From positions 1 to 40,551 of IMG/VR virus record IMGVR_UViG_3300044477_000075: a DNA stretch of 40,551 nucleotides, one strand, 5' to 3'. Under the pieces are notes generated by a model. It was not told the DNA's origin. It searched no databases and saw only the letters and a program-made list of their open reading frames with translations. Source of the stretch: a virus. Taxonomy: Duplodnaviria; Caudoviricetes. Of this stretch, positions 1-7,468 are shown piece after piece (position 1 is the stretch's first letter; the number at the start of each line of letters is the position of its first letter). The position numbers and the translations under genes were made by a program.

Positions 1-117
1 TCCTTGTAGCAATTTACGCAATACATTTCACCGCGTGCGTGTAAACGTTTGAATGCGTCTACAGTCTTTTGCATAACTGGTAAACCACATTTAAAGCATA
101 TCATAACGCAACTCGGA
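1..117. repeat. Terminal direct repeat, copy 1 (probably assembly overlap of a circular contig)
   Basis: 1-117 is identical to 40435-40551, and the reading frame of a small ORF continues across the join. Confidence 0.95.
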
Positions 118-285
118 ATACAACGTGGAACCCAACTTGGAATATAACGTGGAACCCAACTTGGAATACAACGTTAAATACAACGTGGAATACAACTCGT
201 AACTTAACGTGGGACCCAACGTTAAATACAACGTGTCACGCAACTCGTAACTTAACGTGGAATTTACACTCTCGCCTAGTCTCAT
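91..285 (-). CDS. Small L-x-x-x tetrapeptide-repeat protein (64 aa)
   Basis: GGGG RBS before ATG; 14 in-frame 12-nt units such as LYST, LGST, LSYE; directly downstream of the DUF6745-like gene. Confidence 0.75.
   Translation of the reverse strand: MRLGESVNSTLSYELRDTLYLTLGPTLSYELYSTLYLTLYSKLGSTLYSKLGSTLYSELRYDML
100..267 (-). repeat. Degenerate 12-bp tandem repeat, 14 units, approximate consensus TTR-NRT-NNC-RMG
   Basis: Units read directly: TTGTATTCCACG, TTGGGTTCCACG, TTAAGTTACGAG, TTGTATTTAACG and variants. Confidence 0.95.
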
Positions 286-305
286 GGTTACCCCATTAAA
301 TAATA

Positions 306-1277
306 CTACGAAATAAACTCAGGAGAAAGCTTGGAACCGTTAAGCTCTGGATATCTAAAATAAAAAGCCTCTTCGGCGCTAGAACAAGCATCGTCAACAC
401 CTTCTACGTAAATAACCGTCTTGTTATTTTTCATTTTTAACTGCATTTTTAAAAATTTATGCTCTCCAACATCTTTTCCCAAATCAACCTTAATTAGTTC
501 ATACAAATGGCATTTTTTATCTAAAGTATTTATTTCAAATTTATCCAAAACAACCGCATTTGTGTCTCTGATAAATTTCTCTATTCCTATTTTTCGGATA
601 TACTCTCTTCGTACATCTACGTTTTCTTCGTTCAAAGCATTAATACCAGAAAGTTCTTCTGGCTTGCTAACAACTACGTTTTTAGGCATTTTAATTCCAT
701 TCAAATAGTACAAGCTATACCCATCAAAAAACTCTAAAGCCGGGGCTAAATCTTTGCTGAGTTTTTTTTCTGAATTAATATGTATTGCTTTTGGCCTTTC
801 TGAAATAATACAAGTTTCAGAATATCCATACCACCAAAACGCATTTTTGGCAATCGTAACAAAGTTGTTTAGCTGTTTTCTTTCTTTTTCAGGATATATT
901 TTTTTACCGCACAACTTTTCTCCACATAAATAAAACGCTATCCAATAAGAATCGAGGCTTCCCCAAAGATCGGTGTTTACATACACTCTTCCAAAATCCT
1001 TACTCCTTAAACGTTTTAGTATTACATCAATATCTTCTGTATCTCCTGCAATTTCATCAAAATTTTTAATTAACTTCTCAGCCTCAAGAGGAGAATTAAC
1101 CCAAATAAAATTTTTCGGTTTTTGTTTACCACAATACTCATAATATGACGAAATTGCGTATTCACATTTTTTTTTGCCCAAATCAGTAGATTTACCTGCT
1201 CCAGTTCCAATTTCAAACCATTTTTTCTCGTATCCATTTATTATATTTTTTTGGAATTCATTAAATTCAGTTTTCAT
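306..1277 (-). CDS. DUF6745-like protein of unknown function
   Basis: Motifs WVNSP, GSLDSYWIAFY, WWYGYSETCIISERPKAIH, PALEFFDGYSLYYLNG and EENVDVRRE resemble the family as I recall it; AGGAG RBS. Confidence 0.75.
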   Translation of the reverse strand: MKTEFNEFQKNIINGYEKKWFEIGTGAGKSTDLGKKKCEYAISSYYEYCGKQKPKNFIWVNSPLEAEKLIKNFDEIAGDTEDIDVILKRLRSKDFGRVYVNTDLWGSLDSYWIAFYLCGEKLCGKKIYPEKERKQLNNFVTIAKNAFWWYGYSETCIISERPKAIHINSEKKLSKDLAPALEFFDGYSLYYLNGIKMPKNVVVSKPEELSGINALNEENVDVRREYIRKIGIEKFIRDTNAVVLDKFEINTLDKKCHLYELIKVDLGKDVGEHKFLKMQLKMKNNKTVIYVEGVDDACSSAEEAFYFRYPELNGSKLSPEFIS

Positions 1278-1311
1278 TTTAATTCTCCTTGTTTTTATTT
1301 TTTTAAAAAAA

Positions 1312-1632
1312 TTAATCGATTACTTGTCGAACAATATTTTTAACGTGATCCTTTTCTCGTGGTTTTCCAATTAGATAAATTCCAGGTTTCAAATATTTTT
1401 CAACAACATTCAAATGTTCGTCGTGACCAACAACAACATCAGACAAAACCCGCAAAACAAGTTTATTTTTCAAAGAATAAATTTTAAACTTCCCCGAAAT
1501 AACTTTATGCGAATTACCATTATTTCCGTTAATCAAAATACTGGTCTTAACTTCCTTAAAATCTTTAGTCAAAATACTTTCGTCAAATTGATAAAAAACG
1601 CAATCTCCCTGCAAACCCCACCGTTTAATCAT
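1312..1632 (-). CDS. His-cluster protein (QGD...H...HxEH...RExD), usual partner of DUF6745-like genes
   Basis: QGDCVF, GNSH, GHDEH, PGIY, REKDH, RQVID; GAGGTG RBS supports ATG at 1632 rather than the track start 1662. Confidence 0.75.
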   Translation of the reverse strand: MIKRWGLQGDCVFYQFDESILTKDFKEVKTSILINGNNGNSHKVISGKFKIYSLKNKLVLRVLSDVVVGHDEHLNVVEKYLKPGIYLIGKPREKDHVKNIVRQVID

Positions 1633-1676
1633 TTTATTCACCTCGATTAGATTTAAGTACAAACCAACTTACTAAA

Positions 1677-1704
1677 AGTATAACATTTGTTTTAATTTTG
1701 TCAA
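1677..1704 (-). promoter_or_regulatory. sigma70-type promoter TTGACA-N16-TATACT with extended -10 TG
   Basis: Minus strand TTGACA AAATTAAAACAAATGT TATACT upstream of 1632. Confidence 0.8.
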
Positions 1705-1707
1705 CAT

Positions 1708-1878
1708 TTATTTTAAATTATTTTGTTTCATCCATTGCTTAACTTTGCGTTTAATTTCCTTTTGCTCAACGATTACACGCTTAGCACGCTCTTTGTAGTA
1801 ATGTGGGCATTCATTCAAATAACCGTGTGGAGAGTCAATGATTGCAGCTCCACAATGTTCGCAGATAAAATCACGCAT
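1708..1878 (-). CDS. Small Cys-containing protein (56 aa, below track cut-off)
   Basis: MRDFICEHCGAAIIDSPHGYLNECPHYY...; starts just after the DnaB stop. Confidence 0.65.
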   Translation of the reverse strand: MRDFICEHCGAAIIDSPHGYLNECPHYYKERAKRVIVEQKEIKRKVKQWMKQNNLK

Positions 1879-1879
1879 T

Positions 1880-3211
1880 CTAAACATCGCTTTTAAAGCT
1901 ATATGTTTCAGGAAAAAACCGCATATTTACGGCCCCTATGCTTCCGCTCCTATTTTTAGCACAGGTAACTTTCATGCTATTTTTGTCCGCATCGTCTCGC
2001 GTTCTTTGATATTTCCAGTATAAAAACAAAACTAAATTTGCGGCTTCTTCAAGTCTACCACAAAAACGTAAATCAGTTAGTTGCGGTTCATGATCTTCCC
2101 GGCTTTCAATTGACCTACTTAACTGTGAAAGTATTATTGGAGTTATTTTTAAATTTCTACACGTAGACAAAATTAATTCTAAACCTTCTTCCTGCTCACC
2201 AATGTTTCCCTTACCTCCAAATTTAACCCGGTGAAAATGATCGAGCACGAAAAAATTAACTCCGTGTGTCTCGTAAGCCATTTGAATATTCAGCGATATT
2301 TCTTCCGGCGATAATCCCCCGCGAGTGTTAATTATCAATTTTTTCTCAATATCGTAAATTTTAGACGCCGCCGAGTTAATCAAAAAATCATAATCAGCGT
2401 TATTTACATTGTGTTTATAGTTAGGTCCACGTTTAATTTTCCACTCTTCAATTCCAGACAAACGTGATAAACGGCGCAAGTAAAGTTCTTTCTTGGTCAT
2501 TTCCATGGACTGAAAGAACACACGATGCCCAAAATTCGCCCATCCTTCCATCAATTGGAGGGCAAAAGCCGTCTTACCATGTCCGGGCCTAGCCCCTAGT
2601 ATAATAATCGATTCTGGGGCAAATTCTCGCAAATTTTGATCTAACGAAGGTATACCCCACGGAATACCCCATTGACCATCAGCCGGAACAAGTGATAATT
2701 CTTCCATAAGTTCGTGTATCGAATATTCTTTTTCCTTCTCACGGAACAAGCCGGTAGTCTTGCGCGAAACATCTTCCCAAACTAATTTACTCTCTCCACC
2801 TTCGTTTAATGCAATATGGGCCTCGGTGTATGCCTTTTCCATTTGGCGAACGCGGTAGTATTCAGCCACAATTTCAGCATAATGAGCGCAATGGGCCGAT
2901 GAAGGTACAACATCGCTAATTTCTAAAATATCCTCCATGCCAATTTTACCGTCTGCAATTTGCTTAAAAAGTATATCGTGAAGCGTAACGGTGTCTATTG
3001 GTTTATCTTGCTTTATTAGCTCAGCCAATGCTTGCCAGATTAAACGATTTTTAGCAAAGTAAAAATATTGCGCATTTTCAATGGTCTGCTTGGCAATAAC
3101 GTAAGCTGTTCTATCCTGCATAATTGATCCCAATACAGATTGCTCGGCCAATAAATCACTCTTGGGGTTTGAACACTGCGTAGGGTTTTGGCCCATTGGT
3201 TGTGATTGCAT
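1880..3211 (-). CDS. dnaB: Replicative DNA helicase, DnaB family
   Basis: AEQSVLGSIM N-domain, Walker A GARPGHGKT, SMEM, LSQLSRSIESR, AKNRSG; follows the O-like initiator. Confidence 0.93.
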   Translation of the reverse strand: MQSQPMGQNPTQCSNPKSDLLAEQSVLGSIMQDRTAYVIAKQTIENAQYFYFAKNRLIWQALAELIKQDKPIDTVTLHDILFKQIADGKIGMEDILEISDVVPSSAHCAHYAEIVAEYYRVRQMEKAYTEAHIALNEGGESKLVWEDVSRKTTGLFREKEKEYSIHELMEELSLVPADGQWGIPWGIPSLDQNLREFAPESIIILGARPGHGKTAFALQLMEGWANFGHRVFFQSMEMTKKELYLRRLSRLSGIEEWKIKRGPNYKHNVNNADYDFLINSAASKIYDIEKKLIINTRGGLSPEEISLNIQMAYETHGVNFFVLDHFHRVKFGGKGNIGEQEEGLELILSTCRNLKITPIILSQLSRSIESREDHEPQLTDLRFCGRLEEAANLVLFLYWKYQRTRDDADKNSMKVTCAKNRSGSIGAVNMRFFPETYSFKSDV

Positions 3212-3860
3212 TTTGAGGTTTACCTCCGCTTCTTTTATAATTTGATGATAGCCAGTTTAAAGCAAATCTTGCATGATTTTTTTTCATTTTTTCTGGATTA
3301 GCAATAAGCCAAGCATCCATTTTTAAATATTCTTGAACAAAGTTTATTTCTGGATAAGCTTTCAAAAAAGATTCGTGATTTTTTAAAGGTATTTTTAAAA
3401 GCTCTCCTTGAAAATAAAAAACCATTGGGTGCTTTATGTCTTTTGTAATAGTGTCTTTTGTAATAGTGTCTTTTGTGTGTACCTGTTTGGGTACCCCATC
3501 AAAACCTGTTTGGGTACCCCCTAAAACCTGTTTGGGTATTACCTGAATAGGTAGTACCTGTTTGGGTATCAACCATTCACTATAGTGTTTATTTATTGTT
3601 GTTAATCCGTCTTTTTTAATGATTATTTTTTTGTTTTTTAGTTTTGTTATGGTTCGGGCGCAATGGTGGGGTAAGATCGAAGTTAATTCAGAAAGTTGGG
3701 AGTGAGAAATCCAATCCTGCTTTTTATTCCATCCATAAGTTTTGCGTATAATCGCGCCTAAAATTCTATGCTCATAATCAGATAGCTTTATTTTAAGCAT
3801 AGCTTCATAAAGTTCGTTAGCTATTTTTACGTGACCATTTTCTACTTGCGGACTTTCCAT
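3156..3860 (-). CDS. Phage replication initiator, lambda O-like
   Basis: ENGHVKIANEL...AIIRKTYGWNKKQDWISHSQLSELT is a typical O N-terminus; contains internal iterons. Confidence 0.9.
   Translation of the reverse strand: MESPQVENGHVKIANELYEAMLKIKLSDYEHRILGAIIRKTYGWNKKQDWISHSQLSELTSILPHHCARTITKLKNKKIIIKKDGLTTINKHYSEWLIPKQVLPIQVIPKQVLGGTQTGFDGVPKQVHTKDTITKDTITKDIKHPMVFYFQGELLKIPLKNHESFLKAYPEINFVQEYLKMDAWLIANPEKMKKNHARFALNWLSSNYKRSGGKPQNAITTNGPKPYAVFKPQE
3437..3568. repeat. Putative replication origin: iterons plus adjacent 15-bp-period AT-rich repeats
   Basis: ACCTGTTTGGGTA at 3481, 3504, 3526 and 3556, variant ACCTGAATAGGTA at 3541; TGTCTTTTGT at 3437, 3452 and 3467; inside the initiator gene as in lambdoid origins. 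Confidence 0.85.
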
Positions 3861-4393
3861 TATTGTTCACTCGTCAAAAATTCATATATTTCATCACATA
3901 CTTTTTTTGTATTTTGAATAATTTCTTTTCCGGTAAATCTAAAAATTTTATATCCTTTTAAAACTAAAAACCTTTCACGTTCTTTTTCTTTTCTTCGCTC
4001 TTCCTCGTTTCTTTCGTGAAATTGTTGACTGTCACATTCAACAATAACCTCTTTTATGCTTTTAATACTAACTTTATAATATTTAACCAGAAAATCAACT
4101 TTGTAACTTCCAACCTTAAATTGTGGGCAAAATTGCAAACCGATTTTATATTTTTTATTATTTATTTTCATTTCGGAAAATATGCTTCCTGGGATTAAAT
4201 GGTAATAAAATCTGAATGCGGAATATAAAATTTGTTCTATTGGAGAAATTATGTTGAAATTTTTTAATTCTTTAAAAATCACTTCATAAAAACCATTTGA
4301 ATATAATTCTCCTAATTCTTTGGAAAAATCGAAAATCTTTCTTTGAACATTATTTTCGAATTTTTGAATTTCGTACTGAATTGATTCTTGCAT
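3860..4393 (-). CDS. DUF559/Vsr-like endonuclease-fold protein
   Basis: SPIEQ, QFKVGSYKVDFL, IVECDSQQFH, ERERFLVLKGYKIFRFTGKEI. Confidence 0.8.
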   Translation of the reverse strand: MQESIQYEIQKFENNVQRKIFDFSKELGELYSNGFYEVIFKELKNFNIISPIEQILYSAFRFYYHLIPGSIFSEMKINNKKYKIGLQFCPQFKVGSYKVDFLVKYYKVSIKSIKEVIVECDSQQFHERNEEERRKEKERERFLVLKGYKIFRFTGKEIIQNTKKVCDEIYEFLTSEQ

Positions 4394-4399
4394 GGTATG

Positions 4400-4463
4400 A
4401 ACCTCCGCTAAGGTTTGTTACTGACCGGGGCGTAGAGTAGCGGCTCTCGTTTCCCGGCCAGCA
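4400..4463 (-). promoter_or_regulatory. Structured 5' leader: two hairpins with complementary loops, one covering the RBS
   Basis: Stem UGCUGGCCGGG/CCCGGUCAGUA with inner AGAG-CCGCUA-CUCU, then AACCU-UAGCGG-AGGUU containing GGAGG. Confidence 0.65.
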
Positions 4464-4479
4464 TGTTAAACATATTGGC

Positions 4480-4507
4480 AGTATACACCATTCTTTAAAA
4501 TTTACAA
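4480..4507 (-). promoter_or_regulatory. sigma70-type promoter TTGTAA-N16-TATACT for the replication operon
   Basis: Read directly; lies just upstream of the structured leader. Confidence 0.6.
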
Positions 4508-4645
4508 GTTAAAAAATTTTTCAAACGCATTTAAAACTTTACCATTTTGCATAGTGTTTTTACCTCTTTGCTATACCACGACTACCGCTTGCACAAATTA
4601 ACGCCTATTTACCCCGTAGGATTGACAAATTAAGGCGTTTCACAA

Positions 4646-5149
4646 CTAATTTATGCGCCGCAAAACTCCATTTATTAAGCGGAAGTTACTTTTATTCCTA
4701 TTTTGAATTTCCCAAGTAGTCCACCTACAATTTTCTGGTCCGTAATTACCATAATTATAAATTCTATCTAAAGTAAGATTTTCAGAATATCCATTTTCTA
4801 AAGACCATTTTTTGAAATTTATATAATCATGCCATTCAAAACAAACTTTAACGCCCTTTCCTCCCCAATATTTAAAACCAGCAAATTTAACATTTTCACA
4901 TCTAGTCAACATATTTTTCCAACAAGCATATAATCTTTTATTTTCTTTATAAAATCCATGTGTAACAATTCCGTTGTTCTTTCTTAAACAACCACATGAT
5001 TTAATTTTTCCTCCGGTTAAATTATTTCCTCTTACAGAAGTAAACTTACCGCAATCGCACTTACAAAGCCAAATTTTATTATTTCTTGTGTCTTTTCCAG
5101 AGCATTCAATTACCGTTAATTTTCCAAAAACGTCATTTATTTTTGTCAT
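4646..5149 (-). CDS. HNH-type homing endonuclease
   Basis: FGKLTVIE, WLCKCDCG, KSCGC, WKNMLTRC, GGKGVKVCFEW, LTLDRIYNYGNYGPENCRW. Confidence 0.85.
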   Translation of the reverse strand: MTKINDVFGKLTVIECSGKDTRNNKIWLCKCDCGKFTSVRGNNLTGGKIKSCGCLRKNNGIVTHGFYKENKRLYACWKNMLTRCENVKFAGFKYWGGKGVKVCFEWHDYINFKKWSLENGYSENLTLDRIYNYGNYGPENCRWTTWEIQNRNKSNFRLINGVLRRIN

Positions 5150-5394
5150 TTTCCCTTCTTCCCATACGCCTTTACAGATTCTTTTAGTTCTTTCGGCTCT
5201 TTTACCTGTTTTTCACAAGGATAATTAATTTGTGCGTACAAAAACACAATTTCCCGTTGCTGAATTTCAGATTGTTTTTCCAAGTGTGACAATCGCTGTT
5301 CAACCGTTTCCGATGGACATGCTTGCGATAAGCACAAAAAAGACGCGATTAAACCAATGGTTATAAATATAAACTGCATAATTGATTTACGCAT
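5146..5394 (-). CDS. Small exported or membrane-anchored coiled-coil protein
   Basis: MRK plus hydrophobic stretch ending LSQA, then VEQRLSHLEKQ; GGAGG RBS. Confidence 0.6.
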   Translation of the reverse strand: MRKSIMQFIFITIGLIASFLCLSQACPSETVEQRLSHLEKQSEIQQREIVFLYAQINYPCEKQVKEPKELKESVKAYGKKGK

Positions 5395-5406
5395 GACACC
5401 TCCGTT

Positions 5407-5718
5407 TTAATCAATTTCTAAGTGCATCAAGTTACAGTGTCCATCGTAGTTTAATTCTTTTGGTTCTTCCCGTGGCGCAAAGTTAAATGTAATCATCGCA
5501 GCCACTTTTTCCGGCATGTAGTCCACCGAGTAGCGATGCAAGCCTTTGGCGTCTGTGTGTTCAATGAAAGTAATTCCTTTAGCCCTAGCGTCACTCATGC
5601 GACCCGTAACATTTCGACACCTATGTCCTGCGCGTTCCAAATACGTGTAAATTTCTCCGGTGGTCATATCATGATTACAAAGTAAAGCTGATACAACTCT
5701 CAACCATTGAGGCGTCAT
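5407..5718 (-). CDS. Hypothetical protein, possible winged-helix DNA-binding fold
   Basis: MTTGEIYTYL...VTGRMSDARAKG...RYSV pattern; ATGA coupling to the upstream gene. Confidence 0.55.
   Translation of the reverse strand: MTPQWLRVVSALLCNHDMTTGEIYTYLERAGHRCRNVTGRMSDARAKGITFIEHTDAKGLHRYSVDYMPEKVAAMITFNFAPREEPKELNYDGHCNLMHLEID
5428..5539. repeat. 112-bp direct repeat, copy A
   Basis: 5475-5539 is identical to 6554-6618 (65 bp); the remainder aligns without gaps at offset 1079. Confidence 0.95.
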
Positions 5719-6017
5719 TTTTCATGCTCCTTTTTGTGGCAGTCTGGGCATAAAACCTCAAGTCCGTTTGATGAAATAAGCAATCCTTCGTAAACCGAAT
5801 CAATTATTTTTTCCCATTTCGCTATTCCAACTTTGTGATGGACTTCAACCTTTTGCTCTCTACCTTTTTCCTTAGACTGTTTGGCCCCGCACGACTGGCA
5901 AGAATAACCGGCAAGCTTTAACGCAAGCGCACGCTCACGACTACGTAGCCATACTTTGCGTAAAGCAGCTCGTACTTGTGAACGCGGAGTAATTGGCTTT
6001 CGTGTGCGTTTAACCAT
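5715..6017 (-). CDS. Small HNH endonuclease
   Basis: CQSCG...VEVHH...LEVLCPDCH. Confidence 0.8.
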   Translation of the reverse strand: MVKRTRKPITPRSQVRAALRKVWLRSRERALALKLAGYSCQSCGAKQSKEKGREQKVEVHHKVGIAKWEKIIDSVYEGLLISSNGLEVLCPDCHKKEHEK

Positions 6018-6238
6018 TATAATTTCACCTCGTGGTTTGAAAACTCAATACACTCACTACATTTTCCTGAAAATAACGCTCTGAATTTACACGTCCAGCA
6101 TGACTTCTCAACACCAACCTTATTTATCGCGTCAACCGCTTGCTCTAGCGTGATACCCTTGGCATCAATGGCTTCACGCAACTTGTAAAACGTTTCAGGC
6201 GACCAGGTTATTGGCATGGTTATACCTTTTTTCTGCAA
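6017..6238 (-). CDS. Hypothetical Cys-rich protein (start uncertain)
   Basis: CWTC...CSEC; sits in a tightly packed operon. Confidence 0.55.
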   Translation of the reverse strand: MQKKGITMPITWSPETFYKLREAIDAKGITLEQAVDAINKVGVEKSCWTCKFRALFSGKCSECIEFSNHEVKL

Positions 6239-6474
6239 TTATCCCACTCGCCACAAACACCACATGATTTAGTCTCACCTAAACCATTATCACAACTAGG
6301 CTCTTTAGAATTATCAATAATGCAATCTTGTTCACACGTTTTGAAAATCGTTTCTTCAATCGATCCGTGGGTTCCATTAAAAATTTTATTTTCAACATTG
6401 ATTACAGCTTCGCGACCGCCAGCTAATTTAAAGTGCATCCAATATCCTTCATCGTTTTTAGTGACAAAAATCAT
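6220..6474 (-). CDS. Hypothetical protein
   Basis: AAGGAG RBS before ATG. Confidence 0.65.
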   Translation of the reverse strand: MIFVTKNDEGYWMHFKLAGGREAVINVENKIFNGTHGSIEETIFKTCEQDCIIDNSKEPSCDNGLGETKSCGVCGEWDNCRKKV

Positions 6475-6485
6475 TTTTTTCTCCT

Positions 6486-6618
6486 TTAAGCATCCATAGT
6501 TATTTTCAAGTTACCGTGTCCGTCGTATTCTATTTCTTTTGTTTCTTCCCGTTGCGCAAAGTTAAATGTAATCATCGCAGCCACTTTTTCCGGCATGTAG
6601 TCCACCGAGTAGCGATGC
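6486..6618 (-). pseudogene. Orphan 3' fragment paralogous to 5407..5718 (contains repeat copy B, 6507-6618)
   Basis: Translates HRYSVDYMPEKVAAMITFNFAQREETKEIEYDGHGNLKITMDA* with the stop at the equivalent codon; in-frame TAG a few codons upstream and no 5' part. Confidence 0.7.
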
Positions 6619-6633
6619 TCATATATTATCTAC

Positions 6634-6822
6634 TTATGAGTTCCAGGACAAATCAAAATTTAGTTTAAATATGGTTAAAACAACGCCGTCAAAAGTACTT
6701 AAATCAGGACTGCAAATAGACAATTTATGAAATCCTTGTTTGTGCTTGTTTTTGTCCCAAGAAACAGAAAAATAAAATTTACTTATCCCAAAACCATAGT
6801 GTGTTCCAAACTCATTTTTCAT
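6634..6822 (-). CDS. Hypothetical protein (start re-called to MKNEFG...)
   Basis: The 5' part of track ORF 6634..6984 overlaps a better-supported Lar-like gene in another frame. Confidence 0.55.
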   Translation of the reverse strand: MKNEFGTHYGFGISKFYFSVSWDKNKHKQGFHKLSICSPDLSTFDGVVLTIFKLNFDLSWNS

Positions 6823-6991
6823 ATGTTTTATCCACCGACTTTCGTTTGTTCCAAAGTTCACGAACGCTATCAATAGAAAAACCGGGTAAAAACAATTCGC
6901 AGTTTTTACACATAACACCAAAACCTTTAGGTGATTCCCAAAATGTTGGTGTACACCCACACAGCGGACACGGTTTAAGTTCATTATTCAT
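6812..6991 (-). CDS. Lar-family restriction alleviation-like zinc protein (59 aa, below track cut-off)
   Basis: MNNELKPCPLCG...MCKNC...ELWNKR matches the LKPCPxCG/CxxC/WNxR pattern; AAGGGG RBS. Confidence 0.8.
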   Translation of the reverse strand: MNNELKPCPLCGCTPTFWESPKGFGVMCKNCELFLPGFSIDSVRELWNKRKSVDKTYEK

Positions 6992-7018
6992 CTATTCCCC
7001 TTTCGACATTCCGGTGAT

Positions 7019-7459
7019 TTAATCTCCTAAACCATCAAATATTTGTTGTATTTTCTCGCTTGTGTTTAACGCCCCACTTTGTATGCACTCAATTTTCATG
7101 GCGTCAATGAATGCGCTTAATTCATCCTTGGAGTAATCAGACATTGACTTAGGTATACGCACAAGCTGGTCTTTATACTCCATTTCGTAACAAGGACCGT
7201 AATCTAACTTTTTAATAATTTTGTACTTATTAACCGTACAATTTTCAGGCAAGTTAGCCATGCCAGAAAGATACAAACCAGTGACTAAAGCGTGTGCTGT
7301 TTTAATCTGTTTGTACGTTTTCCCCTCTTCCGGGTTGGTTATTTTAACATTTAAAATATCTCCATACTTTTCAAACAAGCGGTAAACTTCTTCGCTTTTA
7401 AACTCAAGCGTGAAATAATTGTCCGGGAAAGACACGAGTTTTAAGTTCTGATTAAACAA
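7019..7459 (-). CDS. NinB/Orf-like recombination accessory protein (tentative)
   Basis: KTYKQIKTAHAL and SMSDYSKDELSAFIDAM; directly after ERF; GGAGG RBS with TTG start. Confidence 0.5.
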   Translation of the reverse strand: MFNQNLKLVSFPDNYFTLEFKSEEVYRLFEKYGDILNVKITNPEEGKTYKQIKTAHALVTGLYLSGMANLPENCTVNKYKIIKKLDYGPCYEMEYKDQLVRIPKSMSDYSKDELSAFIDAMKIECIQSGALNTSEKIQQIFDGLGD

Positions 7460-7468
7460 AGTTACCTC

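Noticed and set aside
100-267. CRISPR array
   Set aside because: Contiguous in-frame 12-nt units with no unique spacers and no cas genes.
3437-3568. Mini-CRISPR or purely protein-level repeat
   Set aside because: 13-bp repeats with 2-10 bp gaps inside an O-like gene are explained as origin iterons.
4600-4650. Plus-strand TTGACA with an AACGCCT/AGGCGTT inverted repeat as a promoter or terminator
   Set aside because: No good -10 at a plausible spacing, and the stem has a long loop without a clear U-tract.
5428-6618. Repeat pair as a DGR template/variable repeat
   Set aside because: Several mismatches have A in the orphan copy, but others do not (GAT/GAC, TGT/GGT, AAC/GAA). The 65-bp core with many adenines is invariant, and no reverse transcriptase is encoded.
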